Shown piece after piece: positions 50,090-63,905 of a stretch of DNA of 64,000 bases (the stretch's first letter is position 1; every line of letters starts with the position of its first letter). The stretch spans positions 10,974,507 to 11,038,506 of the forward strand of contig NC_057719.1 in the NCBI RefSeq assembly GCF_004010195.1, read 5' to 3'. A program made the translations under genes and the position numbers. Below the pieces are notes generated by a model. It saw nothing but the letters and a program-made list of their open reading frames with translations, was not told the origin of the DNA and did not search any database. This DNA is from Chiloscyllium plagiosum. Taxonomy: Eukaryota.

Positions 50090-51080
50090 GTGAACATAAG
50101 TATCAGTTGCTCACAGTGCAATCTCTTCTACATTGGCCAAACCAAATGCAGTTTGGGTGACTGCTTCATGGAACACCTCTGCTTAGGCTGTAAGAACGAC
50201 ACCAACTTCCAGTTGCTTGCCATGTCAATACACTATTTGCTCTTCTGCCATTATTTCCATCCCAGCTCTGCCACAGTGCTCTAGTGAAGCCCATTGCAAG
50301 CTGGAGAAATAGCATCAAATTTTCGACTTAAGCACTTTACTGTCTTCAGGACTTAACACTGAGTTCAACAACCATGAACGCGGTCCTCCATTTTAATTAC
50401 ACCCCCTCCCCTCTAAATTGCCTTGATGTCATGGCTTTGCCCTCAGCAGAGTTAACCTATTTTCTTCTATTCACAACCTATCATTCGTACTCATTAACAT
50501 TCATTGTCGGTCAGAATTTTTTTCTCAGAGTTGGAATGCCTAATATTAAGCATTACCATTTAAGGTGAGAGGAGGAGATGTGATGGGGGAAGCATTTTAC
50601 ACACAGAGTGGTAGGGGTTTGGAACACACTGCCAGGGGTGGTGGTGGAGGCAGATAAGATAGGGGCGCTTCAGGGACTTTTCAATAAACACATGAATATG
50701 CAAGGAATGGAGAGATGTGGACCAAAGGCAGGCAGAAGGGATCAGTTTAATCTGGTATCATGCTTAGCACAACATCGTGGGGTGAAGGGCCCTGTTCTGT
50801 ACTGTTTTATGTTCTATGTTCAATCACATATTTTGAATCTTCATTGCTCCTTTGCCACTCCTATTGCCTTTTGTTCTGGGCATTCTCACCATCTGTTCTG
50901 GGCATTCTCACCATCTGTTCTACTCATTCCACTCCAGAACAACGTAAAGACCATCATTTTCCAGCCAGTTTCAATTGCAAACAACATTGTTTGAACTCAA
51001 AACATTAACTCTGTTTCTCTCCCTACAAATGCTGAACTTCTCCAGCACTTGCTGTTTTTATTTCAGATCTCCAGCATTTT
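50090..51080 (+). mobile_element. Old PLE GIY-YIG fragment and terminus, interrupted by a CR1 3' end (~50545-50820)
   Basis: ISCSQCNLFYIGQTKCSLGDCFMEHL. Terminal ttaactctgtttctctccc...ctccagca. Confidence 0.65.
50872..50921 (+). repeat. 22-bp tandem duplication
   Basis: TGTTCTGGGCATTCTCACCATC twice, followed by TGTTCT. Confidence 0.9.
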
Positions 51081-51089
51081 TACCTTTAT

Positions 51090-51455
51090 ATCATCCTGAC
51101 TCAGGTGGGTGAGCTGACACAACGCTAAGTCAAAAAAGGTCATGGATTCAAACTCCAGTACAGACTTACAAACACAACCTACATGGATAACAGGGGAGCA
51201 AGGCACTAGAAGAGGTACCATCTCTCCAATGAAAGATCCTGTCTGCGTGCTCATGGTCAAGGTTGACATAAGATGAACATCAGCCAGAAGTTAATCATTC
51301 AGTCACTCATTTATGTGCTGTTTGTGATGTCTTGAAATATGCAAACTGGTTTCCCGCAAAACAAGAGAGACACTTCAAAAATAATTTATTGACTGTATGG
51401 TGCTTTGGGACATCCTGAGGGAGTGAAAAGCCCTTTATAAATACAAGCTTTCTTT
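51090..51455 (+). mobile_element. Deu-domain SINE, decayed
   Basis: gagacacttcaaaa...tgctttgggacatcctgagg..gtgaaaag...tataaatacaagctttc tail. Confidence 0.6.
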
Positions 51456-51741
51456 TTTTACAGCCACTCATGAGATGATGCCTAATTAAGTTCCTTCAAT
51501 GAAGAGCTACCATTAAGAATCTTATCAGAGCATCCAGATGGCATTTAGCATGAGTTAACCATTTGCAGTACCAGTTCAGTCAGGACTTGCTCTTGGTAAA
51601 AGAATGGGTTACACATGCAGGCGAATTCAATTGACAAGTAGCATCCATTTGTTTCCCAGTTGACGTTTTTACTGTTGACTCAAGAGTTGGCACTACTGCA
51701 TCTGGCACAGTTATAGCTGAGCCAATGGAACGTTCTAAACA

Positions 51742-52960
51742 TATGATCTTTAAGGAGCAATATTCCCTCCCTAGTTACTCTTTTTCCCTTCGTGTACTTA
51801 TAGAATATCTTTGGATTCTCCCTAATTCTATTTGCCAAAGCTATCACATGTCTCCTGTTTGCCCACATGACTACCCTCTTAAGTATACTACTGCTCGTAT
51901 ACTCCTGTAAGGGTTGACTTAATCCCAGCTGTCTATATCTGACATGTACCTCCTTTTTCTTGACCAGAGCCCCAATTTCTCTAGTATCTAGCATTCAATA
52001 CACCTACCAGGCTTGCTCTACCACACTGACAGGAACAGACTGTCTCCTCGGATGCTGCCTGAATTGCTGTGCTCTTCCAGCACCACTGATCCAGAATCTG
52101 GTTTCCAGCATCTGCAGTCATTGTTTTTACCTCTGAACTCTTATCGCATTTTAAAGGCCTTCCACTTCCCAACTGTTCCTTTACCTGCGAATAGCCTCCC
52201 CCAGTCAACTTTTAAAAGTTCATGTCTAATGCCATCAAAATAACCTTATTCCAATTTATAACTCTAGTTTTTTCTGATCAGTTCTACCCTTTTCCACAAC
52301 TATTTTAAAGCTAATAGAATTATGATCATTTGCCCCAAAGTGCTCCTCACTGACACTTCAGTCACTTGCCCTGCCTTATTTCCCAACAGAAGACCAAGCA
52401 TTGCTACTTCTCCAGCAGGTTCATCCACATATTAAATAAGAAAGCTTCCTCATACACACTTAACAAATTCCTCCTCATCCAAGCCCTTAACACAATGACA
52501 ATCTATGTTTGGAAGTTAAAATCCCCGACCATTACAATTCTATTATTCTTACAGATATCTGAGATCACCTTATATATATGCTTTTCAATTTCCTGCTGCT
52601 TATTAGGGGGTCCATAATACAATCTTAACAAGGTGATCATCCCTTTCTTATTTCTCAGTTCCACTCATGTAACTTCACTGGACAATCCCCCAGAAATATC
52701 CACACTACGTACAACCATAATGTTAGGCCTAACCAAAAACATCACTCCTCCTCCTTTCTTGCCTCGCTTTCTATCTTTTCCATAGTGTCTATATCAAGGA
52801 ATATTAAGCTGCCAGCCCTGTCAATTGCTGAGTCATATTTCTGTAATTCCTATGATATCCCAGTCCCATTTCCAAACCGTGCCATATGTTCATCTGCCTT
52901 ACCTGTCAGGCCTCTTGTATTAAGTAGATGCAGTTTAATTTATCAGCCTTACCTTATTCT
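51742..52960 (-). mobile_element. Old CR1 endonuclease/linker fragment, with a PLE terminus inserted at ~52044-52132
   Basis: Collinear with 47434-48260. The insert is the reverse complement of 18430-18512. Confidence 0.75.
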
Positions 52961-53333
52961 CTGCCAAGTTCTTGTCTGTCTTGACTATTTGACATGCTCT
53001 CCTTATCTACTGTACCAGCCTCAGCCTTTTCTCACTATCGCTTTGGTTCCCAGTTCTGCCCCTTCAACAATCTACAGATACAGAAATTACCTAAGAACAA
53101 ACACAACACACTTTGCTCGAAAATGCCACTAGCACTGTCATACTGCTCTGGGATAACTTAATATGAATGCTTAATATCAAAAGTCAATCAAGAGAGAGAT
53201 CTCAGTGTAAACACAATTCTCACTTAGGCTATTATAGATTTACCAAAAAAAGTTAACAGATGAAGATATAGAAGTTCTATAAGTCTTAAAATCAAACACT
53301 TAGCTGATCAGGCTCAAAACCAAAAGCTCTTCT

Positions 53334-53556
53334 TGAAATAACTCCACAGAGCCCAGCATCCCATCAGCAAGTCACCCTTTATTTACATGTCCTCGTCACT
53401 GATCCAGCTCCTTCAGAGCTAGCCATCAGAGCTAACAGGATGTCTGATGTTCTTATCTGTCAGCCAACTCTCCCTGATTGGACCATATTAACAGCCCAAA
53501 TCAGGGAACTCATATTCTATGAGACCCACCTGGATGACCTTGTTACAATCACTACA
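53334..53556 (-). mobile_element. Probable solo LTR (223 bp)
   Basis: Minus strand runs TGTAGTG...AATAAA...TATTTCA (TG..CA ends with an internal polyA signal). The flanks CTTCT/GTTCT form an imperfect 5-bp TSD. Confidence 0.5.
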
Positions 53557-54171
53557 GTTCTTTTCTCCTATAGTTTCAGGCAGTGATTTTTTTTTAAATT
53601 ACTGATACCTGAAGCTGTATTGAAGTTGGATTTTAGACCTCCCATGTCAGCTATAAAACTGCATTGCTTGCTTGTTATTTCAGTGAAACCCAATCCTCAG
53701 AGCCGTTATGCAATATCTCAGTATGACAGCTGTGAAACTATACTTGATGCTGCTTCATAAAAAGCCTATCGCTGAGCCTTGGGCAACCCTTCAGTCTCCG
53801 ACATTGCCATGTGGTCACTCTCCCAAGCTCTCTCGTCTTTCTACCATTTAAAGTGTCTTTGATTCTGATTTTTTTAAATTCAAAAACAAAATGCAACACT
53901 TAGAAAAATGGCAATTATTGCCCCAAGGAGGTCAGTAAATCCAGGTCAGTAAATACTTGCATTACTTGCGTTACTAGCTTCCAAACTTTGGACCACCACT
54001 ATCTAGAATAATAAGGGCAGCAGATTCATGGGAACACCATCACACTGGCTGCTTGTTCCTGTCCAAAGCCACTCACCATCATGACTCAGAGTGGAAAACA
54101 AACCTCAAAACCAAGAGCAGCTCTCACAACCACGATCCTCTTCTGTCCACCATTTTGTTTTGATACTAAAT

Positions 54172-55515
54172 AAATATTTCACATCAGTATTTACTGTATT
54201 GAAGGACATAGAAGCTAGGGGACTTGGGAAATAAATAGTGATGTCTTCAAAAGAGTTTATATTACAGATGCAGAGGTGCTGGATATCTTAAAATGTGTAA
54301 AGGTAGATAAATCCTTGGGACTTGATCAGGTATGTCCTCAAACTTTGTGTGAAGATAGAAAAGACATTGCTGGACCTCGTGCTAATATATTTGTATCACT
54401 GACAGCCACAGATGAGGTGCCAAAAGTTAGAAGTTGGCTAATGTGTATAGATCCCTGAAAGTTGCCACCCAGGTTGATACGGTCATTAAGAAGGTGTATG
54501 GTGTGTTAGTTTTTATTGGTAGAAGGATTGAGTTTCGGAGCCATGAGATCATGTTGCAGCTGTACAAAACTCTGGTGCACCGCACTTGGAGTATTGCATA
54601 CAGTTCTAGTCGCTGCATTATAGGAAGGATGTGGAAAGGGTGCAGAGGAGCTTTACCAGGATATTGCCTGGTATGGAGGGAAGGTCTTATGAGGAAAGAC
54701 TGAGGGACGTGAGACTGTTTTTGTTAGAGAGAAGAAGGTTGAGAGGTGATTTAATAGAGACATACAAGATGATCAGAGGATTAGATAAGGTGGACAGTGA
54801 GAGCCTTTTTCCTCAGATGGTGATGGCTAGCACAAGGGGACATAGCTTGAAATTGAGGCATGATAGATACAGGACATGTGAGAGGTAGGTTCTTTATTCA
54901 GAGAGTAGTAAGGGCATGGAATGCCCTGTCTGCAACAGTAGTGGACTCGCCAACATTAAGGGCATTTAAATTATAATTGGATGAACATGTGGATGATAAT
55001 GGAATAGTGAAGGTTAGATGGGTTTTAGATTGGTTTCACACTTCAACACAACATCGAGGGCCAAAGGGCCTGTACTGCATTGTAATGTTCTATGTTCCAA
55101 TGTGGTGCCATTATTTAAGAAAGGCTGTAAGGAGAAGCCAGGGACCTGTAGACCAGTGAGCCTTACATCAGTGGTGGATAAGTTGTGGGGGGTGGGGTCT
55201 TCTGAGGGACAGGATGTACATGTATTTGGAAATGAAAGGACTGATTAGGGATAGTCAACATGGCTTTGTACACGGGAAGTCCTGTCTCACTAACTCGATT
55301 GAGTTTTTTGAAGAGGTGACAAAGATTGATGAAGGCAGACCAGTAGACCTTATCTCTCTGTACTTCAGCAAAGCATTTGCCACGGTTCTGCACTGCAGAC
55401 TGTTTATTCAGATTCGATCATATGGGATGCGGGGGGGAGCTAGCCAACTGCATACAAAATTGGCTTGAAGGTAGGGGACAGACGGTGCTAGTAGAGGGAT
55501 GCTTTTCAGCCTGTG
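54172..55515 (+). mobile_element. CR1 RT fragment interrupted by a second 5'-truncated CR1 (~54446-55098), TSD AATGTG
   Basis: The host reads VDKSLGLDQVCP...LANV|VPLFKKG...DSQHGFVHGKSCLTN. AATGTG at 54440-54445 and 55099-55104. Confidence 0.85.
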
Positions 55516-56879
55516 ACACCAAAGAAGTTGTGACTTGAACACCTTCAGGTCATCTCAAATCTCTCCCCAACAAATGAGTTACTTGAAGTCTTCTGTTGTA
55601 TTTGGTAGAGGCAAACACAGCAGTTATCTAGCAGTTACACCTAGCCTCCAAACCAGATTGAGGTGAAGTTGATTTAAGGAAAAGTGCTAAGCAGAACATG
55701 GGGAAATTTTCCTGCTCGTCACTGAATGGTGCCATGGGACTCCCTCACCTAAGCAAACAGGCTAGGCTTCAAATCAGTATCTGTGATTTTTTTATTAATT
55801 CAGGAGATGTGGCTATTGCTGGCTGGATAAGCATTTATTGCATGTTCCTAGTTGCCCTTGCGAAGCTGCTTTCTTGAACTACTGCAGTCTATTTGGTGCA
55901 GGTAGACCAACAATGTCGTTAGACAGTGAGTTCCAGGATTTTAACCAAATGACACAGAAGAAACAGTGATATATTCCCAGGTTAGGAGGTGCAGTGCCCA
56001 TGTCCACCCTGTCCTCGATGGTAGTCGTTGTGGATGTGGAAAGTGCTAAGGAGCCATGAGTTTGCAGATTGTGATCGAGTACAATTTAGCTGCTGCTGAT
56101 GGCCCACAGCACCTCATGGATGACCAGTCAGTTGTTACAGCTGTTCTAAGTCTATTCCATTTGGCTCGGTGATAGCCATGGAGTCACAGTATTATAAAGT
56201 CATACAGCACAGAAGTGGACCTTTGGCCCATCAAGTCTGCACTGATCCCACTTTCCAGTACTAAGCTCATAAACTTGAATGCAGTGACATTTCAAGGGCA
56301 CATCCATGTATTTTTATCATAAGGTGATGGAGGCTATCACCAATGTAGGAATGGGATCGTTGGCAATGCAGCACTGCTTCAGTAAATCACTGAGGAGTCA
56401 GCCTAGATTGAATCTCCATTCCTGCAGAAGGTTTAGATCCACACTCCTGTGGAACATGTGAATGCTAGCAAGCAGACCAATAATTATACTGACGTTGATT
56501 TATTTTTCCCCTACCAGTTATGTCATTTAGCAAGAAGTGTAATGCTTCAAGCTCTCTCAAGTGTTGTTCATTATGTATCTGCAACAACTTTTTTTTTCAT
56601 CCCAACGTTGAAAGGTCAAAGTCACAGTCCAGCACAAAGCGGAAATTGAAGGAAGTAAAAGCAGATGCGTCAATGAGTAGTAACCAGTAATCACTTCGGA
56701 ATAATGATCAATTATTACTATTTTATTGCTAATTACTTATATTAGATTCATAAATATTATTGATTTGTTTAGCAAATATTATTATTTTATAGCAAATAAA
56801 CTGATAAGTAATAAAAATTAGTAATAATTTGTAATCGAGCAATAACTGTACATTATAAAGCAATGAGATTTAGTTTGAA

Positions 56880-57245
56880 AGAAGCTGCATTTGTACAGTG
56901 CCTTTCATGTCCAGTGGGAAGACAAAGAATTATGTTTGAAGTGTAGTAAATACTGTCATTCAAGAAACACAGCAGCCAATTGGTGCTCAACCAATTCCCA
57001 CAAACAACAATGTGACAATAATCTGTTTTTGTGATGTAGACTGAGAGATAAACATTGGACAGGACCCCAGAATAACTTGCTTGTTCTTCTTCAGAATATT
57101 GTCATGCGATTTTTAACAGCAACGTGAGGAGTAGATGGGGCCATAGTTTCAGGCCTCATTTGAAATCATCACCTGCAAAGCAGTGTCAGTCCTGGAAAGG
57201 GATCTGAACCCAGGACACTCCGATTGAGAGTCAAGGAGTCATTGC
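56880..57245 (-). mobile_element. Deu-domain SINE, decayed
   Basis: gcagccaattgg...caacaatgtgac..ataatctgttttt.gtgatgt, the reverse of the Deu-SINE body. Confidence 0.6.
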
Positions 57246-58573
57246 AAAAGTAAACGTTTTCATAGTACAAGTCTTGAAACAGTTATTTGCAAGCCATTCC
57301 CAGAATTATCATTCCTCACCTTCCTACAGAAAGCAATCTGAGTTGTCCATTGAACACAGAGAAAACAACATGCTTCAAACTCAGCAAAAGTAAGTGAGGA
57401 AAGGTCAATGGAAATAATGGCCACAGGCAGCATCAACAAAATGGTGGCAAACAAAATAGCTTCTGAACAAGAGAGACTGGAGGCAAGAGTTAAAGGATGA
57501 CCAGCAAGTTTTATTCTTGAGGCTGGGAGTGGGGAGGCTCTCATTGAGCCTCTCTATAAATGGGAGTTATGCTGAATTCATATTGCACAGCAAAATCCCA
57601 CAAGCAGCAATGCTGAACGCCTAAGCAGTCTTTTGTGTAATGTTTAGTAGAGACTTTGAAGCGATGAATGTTAAAAAGGTAGAATTCCATGCCCCTCCAA
57701 TAGGGCCTTGAACTCTTTCACAATTCACTTTATGACCACATCTAGTCTATCCATAGAAATGCTTTCTGTTTTTAAAGGCAGGCTAGCAATGAAGATGCAC
57801 ATAGTTCCCAAATCTGGACTTATGGTCATGTTGTGCCAAAGTGCATGACATTTTATGAAATCCAAACCTACCTGACTTTGGGCTGCAGTGAGGACTCTAC
57901 TTCCTGGGAGGCACCAGGTTACAACACACGGGTGTCGTGGAAGATGGCAGGCCACGCATTCTCTTGTACCAGGTTTTGTTACATTTACAGGGCATGGTTA
58001 TCAGGACCATCTGGAAACATGAACTGCACAAAGACAAGCCACGGGACCAGGCCTGGTGTGAAAACCAGAAAACAGGAGAGCCATTAAAGATAAAGCAAGT
58101 CAATATGTCAGCAAGAAAAGGTTTCACCCCAAGAACGGTGCCACTCTAGCAGGTTCTGAGCAATTGGAGCTCTGAAAAGCCTCAGAGGCTGTCTGATGTT
58201 CAGAAGAAATCCTGGGAACAGTCGGAGGTTCAGTGTAGCTCAGAGTGGGAGTGAAGGAAGCCCACAAGCAGTGTTAGCTTGTTGCAGCTGAGAAATATTA
58301 GCACTTGGAAAAATATCCAGTGTCGTCCCCAATTCAATGCCTGAAGAAAAGCTGGAAATATTGCCCGGGGAGATGTTAGGATGCAGTCTCAAGAGCCCAG
58401 GGGAGAACCATCTCATGAGAATAAAGTGCCAAGCTGTGAGTATTGAGACAGAGTGTCTTTTGAGGAAGTTTCAAAGCTAGATCTTCAAAGAATTGAAATC
58501 CTCAGTAAAGTTTTAATAAGACTCGTGATTGCAAGTGTCACTAATGTCTGGAGAAGTCCTGAGAAATCTGTGA

Positions 58574-58886
58574 CAATAGACAATAGACAATAGGTGCAGG
58601 AGTAGGCCATTCTGCCCTTTGAACCTGCACCACCATTCATTATGATCATGGCTGATCTTCCTTAATCAGTATCCTGTTCCTGCCTTATCTCCATAACCCT
58701 TGATTCCACTATCCTTGAGAGCTCTATCCAACTCTTTCTTAAATGAATCCAGAGACTGGGAATCCACTGCCCTCTGGGGCAGAGCATTCCACACAGCCAC
58801 CACTCTCTGGGTGAAAAAGTTTCTCCTCATCTCTGTCCTAAATGGTCTACCCCGTATCTTTAAGCTGTGTCCTCTGGTTCGGACCT
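58574..58886 (-). mobile_element. Young CR1 3' end with CTATTGT repeat tail
   Basis: ORF TRGHSLKIRGRPFRTEMRRNFFTQRVV...GDKAGTGY. Plus strand shows acaatagacaatagacaatag. Confidence 0.9.
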
Positions 58887-59494
58887 GTCTTGACTGCATT
58901 TGCTATACGATATACACTAGTAGGGTGCTAGACCATAGTTTGTCTGTTACACATACTTACCCCATTTTAATTCTGGATATTGGAATATAAGCTGTATATA
59001 TTGTAACATCTATTACTGTTTGAAGTTTGGAACAGTAACATATATTTTGGTTGTTCTAAATCACAGATCTTGTATTTTTATTCTCTCACCAAGCACCTGG
59101 GATCTCAAACTTTGTCGACTTCAAACAAACAGTTACTGGTTCCTAGCCTGCGGGGAAACATGAATTTAGCAGTCTTGTCAGGGATTGTGACAAACTTAAA
59201 ATAAGAAAACAAAAACTCAATACAGAGAAAATAACAACAATTTGAATCTCTGCCACATCTTTATTTGTGTTCTAGAATGCTGAGGAAACCCCTGTACCAA
59301 TCATTTGAAATTTGGTCACCTTCAGAATAAGTAGAAAACATACATGGATTTATTTCAGAGAAGCTTATTAACAATTGGAGGTTCAGTAGAGACATTGGGG
59401 TAGACATTCACTAGTGCCACCATTTTTAGGGAAGACAGTGATGTACTGACAAATGACAACATGCCAGGTTCATGGACATTAAAATAAAATCTAA

Positions 59495-59848
59495 GGAGGC
59501 ATCTTCCTTATTTTCTGCCTTGGGACCCTCCAACCCCATGGCATCAACATCGATTTCACCAGTTTCCTCACCTCCCCTGCCCCCAACTCATCCCTAATCT
59601 TGCCCTCCAACACGGCACCGCCCTCTTGAACTGTCCTAACAGCCCAACTTCCTTCTCACCTATCCCCTCCACCCTCATCTACCCCCACTGTCCTATTGAT
59701 CTCTCAGCCCCTTTGCCCTCCACATTCCTGATGAAGGGCTTATGCCCAAAACATCAACTCTCCAGCTCCTCGGATGCTGCCTGAGGAGCATGTGCTGTGC
59801 TTTTCCAGTGCCACACTTTTCAACTCTGACTCTCCAGCATCTGCAGTG
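59495..59848 (+). mobile_element. PLE 3' end with mutated hammerhead (59724-59757)
   Basis: LGTLQPHGINIDFTSF followed by attcCTGATGAagggcttatgcccAAAAcatc, in which GAAA and GUC are altered. Confidence 0.8.
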
Positions 59849-60512
59849 ATTCCTGGGACACATTGTCATGTCAAGTGGAGCTGACTGAACTGTTTGGCCG
59901 CAATGTGAGAAATGTAAAATTCAAGAAATAGAAACTGAAAATTTTTGACTAAAAGACAATAAGATTAGTTCTCACTCAGACCGGCTTGGTAAGTGAGAAA
60001 CATATGGGGGAGAATGAAAGGACAAATAATAAAATGGCATTTTTGTCGACCACTGTTCACTCCGAATTGTGATATCCACCTCCTCCATCTATGGTGACCT
60101 AATGTTGATTCTCTTTCAGTTCTTGACAAGGGTCACTGCGGGAGGTGTGTAGCCTGCAAATAAATCACAGTCTTCCCTCTTTCATTTCACCAGTATGATG
60201 GGTCGTTCAATGCAGGAGCAGATTAGAATGAAAGAAGATAAAGTGCCTTGGCAGTGACAAGTTCATGCCTGTAGAATACAAAAAGATGATCCAGGGCATC
60301 TCTAACTACCAAAGAGCAGAGTGTACAATTATTCCCACTGTCCAAATATGTGTTTAGAATGTCTGGGAAAATAAAACAGCCAGTGGCCGCTGTTTGCCTT
60401 GATGTGCTGATTGATGGAGTTGTTCTGCTGCCACAGTCAGGAGCAAAGCTGCTCCAAAGAGAACAGCAGCTCTCATGTGGCTGGGCAGCAGGAGAATTCT
60501 TCCCCCTCTTCT

Positions 60513-60935
60513 ACAGTCATAGAGTCATAGAGATGTACAGCACAGAAACAGACCCTTCGGTCCAACTCGTCCATGCCGACCAGATATCCTAACCCAATCT
60601 AGTCCCACCTGCCAGCACCCGGCCCATATCCCTCCAAACCCTTCCTATTCATATACCCATTCAGATGCCTTTTAAATGTTGTAATTGTACCAGCCTCCAA
60701 CACTTCCTCTGGCAGCCCATTCCATACACGTACCACCCTCTGTGTGAAAAAGTTGCCCCTTAGGTCTCTTTTATATCTTTCCCATCTCACCCTAAACATA
60801 TGCCCTCTAGTTCTGGTCTCCCCCACCCCAGGGAAAAGACATTCCATGCCCCTCATGATTGTATAAACTTCTATAAGGTCACTCCTCAGCCTCTGACACT
60901 CCAGGGAAAACAGCCCTAGCCTATTCAACCTCTCC
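60513..60935 (-). mobile_element. CR1 3' fragment
   Basis: ORF 60599-60928 NRLGLFSLECQRLRSDLIEVY..., followed by a ctatgact repeat tail. Confidence 0.9.
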
Positions 60936-61667
60936 TTTTATGAACTAACAAGAGAGAACCTGCATTTCTATAGCATTCTGCACCACACAACGCATGCAAA
61001 AATGTTTGACGCCCAATGAAGTACATTTTAAAAAGGGCCTCTCTCAAAGGCTAGTGAGTCTGTGGAGCTCTCTTTCCTACAGAGTGGTGGGATTAGGATC
61101 ATTGAGTACTTTGAGATGGATGGATTCTTCATTAATCGGGGAAATGCAGGTTATCAGGATTAAACAGGAATGTGGAGTTGAGACCACAACCAAATCATCT
61201 ATGACCTTACTGAACGGTGGAACATGTTTAAGAAGCCAAAGGGTCTACCACAGCTTCTAATTTGCACATTTGCATAATGTACATATAAGGGTAGTCAATT
61301 TGCATATAGTATTAGCCTACAAATAAAAATGAGATAATGACTAGACAATGTTTTTGATGATACATGAATAAGCATTAAAATAGGCAGATACTGCTTCATA
61401 AGTAAGATAGTTTCCACCTTGCTCTCAGTACCTTATTGAAGTATTAATTTTATTACAGTTTAAGATGTAGCATAACAATAGAACAGTTTATGCCTGTTTG
61501 ATTCAGAGATTAAAAATGCAGCCAATGGTTCCGAGTTAGCAGATGATTGATGGATGAAGGCTATTGCACATATTGTCCGTTCATCTCTGGGATCTGAGTT
61601 TAAAACTGCTTCAAGCTAATCGCTACTCTCTGCTGGTTTAAGGGTAACTGCATGAAATAATTTTCTT

Positions 61668-62222
61668 TATTCAGGGTGTGGGCATTGCTGACTAGACCAT
61701 CGCTCATTGCCCAGAGAGCAGTCAAGAGTCAACCACATTGTTGTGGGTCTGGAGTTACAAGAAAGCCAGAACAGGTAAGGACAGAAGATTTCCTTACTTA
61801 AAGGACATTAGTGACAGGTTTTCTCATGACAATTGACAGTGGTTACATGGTTTTCATTAGGTCATTACAAATTTTTTTGAGTTAAATTTTCACCATCCGC
61901 GATGGTGGGATTTGTCGAAAGTGAGGACTGTAGATGCTGGAGACCAGAGTCAAGATCAGAGTGGTGCTGGAAAAGCAAAGCAGGTCAGGCAGCATCCGAG
62001 GAGCAGGAAAAATCGACATTTCGGGCAAAAGCCCTTCATCAGGAAATGAAGGGCTTTTGCCCGAAATGTCAATTTTCCTGCACTTCAGATGCTGCCTGAC
62101 CTGCTTTGCTTTTCCTGCACCACTCTGATCTTGATGGTGGGATTTGAACCTATGTTCCCAGAACATTAGTCTGAGGTCCTGAGTAGTAAGCCAATGACAT
62201 TACCACTATGCCACCACTACCC
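61668..62222 (-). mobile_element. tRNA-derived SINE interrupted by a PLE fold-back element
   Basis: Homologous to 15363-15716 on both sides of the insert. Confidence 0.7.
61915..62132. mobile_element. PLE-derived fold-back mini-element with back-to-back hammerhead motifs, 14-bp TSD
   Basis: GATGGTGGGATTTG at 61901-61914 and 62133-62146. ~90-bp inverted arms at 61950-62039 and 62046-62134. Confidence 0.88.
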
Positions 62223-62829
62223 TTAGTTGACATGATGATAGTTTCACTCTAACAGCTGACAATTCTGATGTCCACAGGCGATTATCCTATTCAGTTTGTC
62301 ACACAGATCCTGCTAGTTAACAGCCAAGGTTGTGTCTTCAGGAGTTCCACAAACCCCCAGAAAAATTCAGGGTCAACATGTGGGAACTACTCAACTGTGA
62401 AGGGAGTTCTCTCCTATAGCTGGAGGTGAAGCCAAAAAGGAACATCAGTCTGAATAGAGCCTCTCTTTTAATTCTATTACAGAATGTGGGTGTCACTGGC
62501 TGGGCCAGCATTTGTTGCCCCTCTCTAATAGCCCTTGAGAAGGTAGTGGTGAGCTACATTGTTGAGCTGTTGATGTCCACAGCCATAAGTACACTCACGG
62601 TGGGGAGTTTAGGTCTTGATCCAGTGACTGAAGGAACAGCCTGTGTTATATGTTTACATGGGCGTGGCAGATAATGACACTGGTAGAACAGACGTTTTTT
62701 TCTCTCTCTCAGAACAAGAAATGCAATATTTATAACATTTACAATTCTCCAGTCCTGTGGAAACATTCCCATATCTAAGGAGGATTGGAAGATTGGAAGG
62801 AGTGGAGAAAGGTTTGTTGAGGAGTTCTC

Positions 62830-63905
62830 CATGGGTTAGTGTTGGGACCCTTGCTTTTCCTGATGCATGTTAATGATCTGGATCTTGGTGCACAAAGATG
62901 TGGGGACAATTTCAAAGTTTTCAGATGATATTAAAACTGGAAGGATTGTAAACTATGAGGTGGACAGTGTGGAAATCCAAAACAACACTGACAAGATCAC
63001 TGTTGGAGTGGGCAAACAGGTGGCCCATGAGGCAATGTACTTTGGTCAAAAGAACACTATAAGCATAAAAGGGTGCAGGAGCAGATACACCTGAGTGTAT
63101 ATGTACACAGATCATTGAAGCTGGAGAGAGTAGAAAATAAAGCTGAGCTTTTCGCAGTTTTGTTAATAGAGGCATAGAATATAAGAGCAAGGAGACTTGT
63201 GCAAAACATTTTTTTGATCTTCACTCAATTATTGTGTACAGTCGATGATGCCACATTATGTTAAAAATGTGAAATTGCCAGAGTCGCGAGGACTATAGGC
63301 CTGCTCTCTCATTGGAGAGCGAAAAACACGACTGGTAGTAGCTTAACCCTGAGGGTTAACACACCTCAGGCGAGGAGTGAGGTTTAGATGGTGGAACTGT
63401 CATGGTAACCTCAGTTGGTGCAGGAAATGAACCCACGCTGTTGGCATCAGTGCGTTGCAAACCAGTCACCCATTTAGGAATTTATGAGAATGGATCCGCG
63501 GATGAGGAACTTCAGTTATGAGGACAGATTTAAGAAGTTGCGACTGTTTTCTTTGAAAAGAAGACGACTAAAAGGAGATCTGATAGAGGTTTTCAAAATC
63601 ATGCAGGGGCTCAATAGTGTTTCTCGATAGATAGAAACAGACCTTGCTCATAAAAGAACAAGAACAAACGGGCATAGAGAAAAAAAACTTTTCCCCCAGC
63701 TAACAGTTAGGGCATGGAATGCACTACCTGGAAATGCGGTGGTGGCAGATTCAATTGAGGCATTCAAGAGGAGCATTGCATGATTATTTGGATAGAAATG
63801 GTATGCGGGGATATGGGAACAGGTAGGAGATTGGGGTTAGGTAACAGAGCCAGTGCAGGCATAAAGGGCCCAATGGCCTCCTTTTAAGCTGTAACAGTGT
63901 TGTGA
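62830..63905 (+). mobile_element. Old CR1 RT/3' fragment
   Basis: GTISKFSDDIKTG; ttctttgaaaagaagacgactaaaaggagatctgatagagg. Confidence 0.7.
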
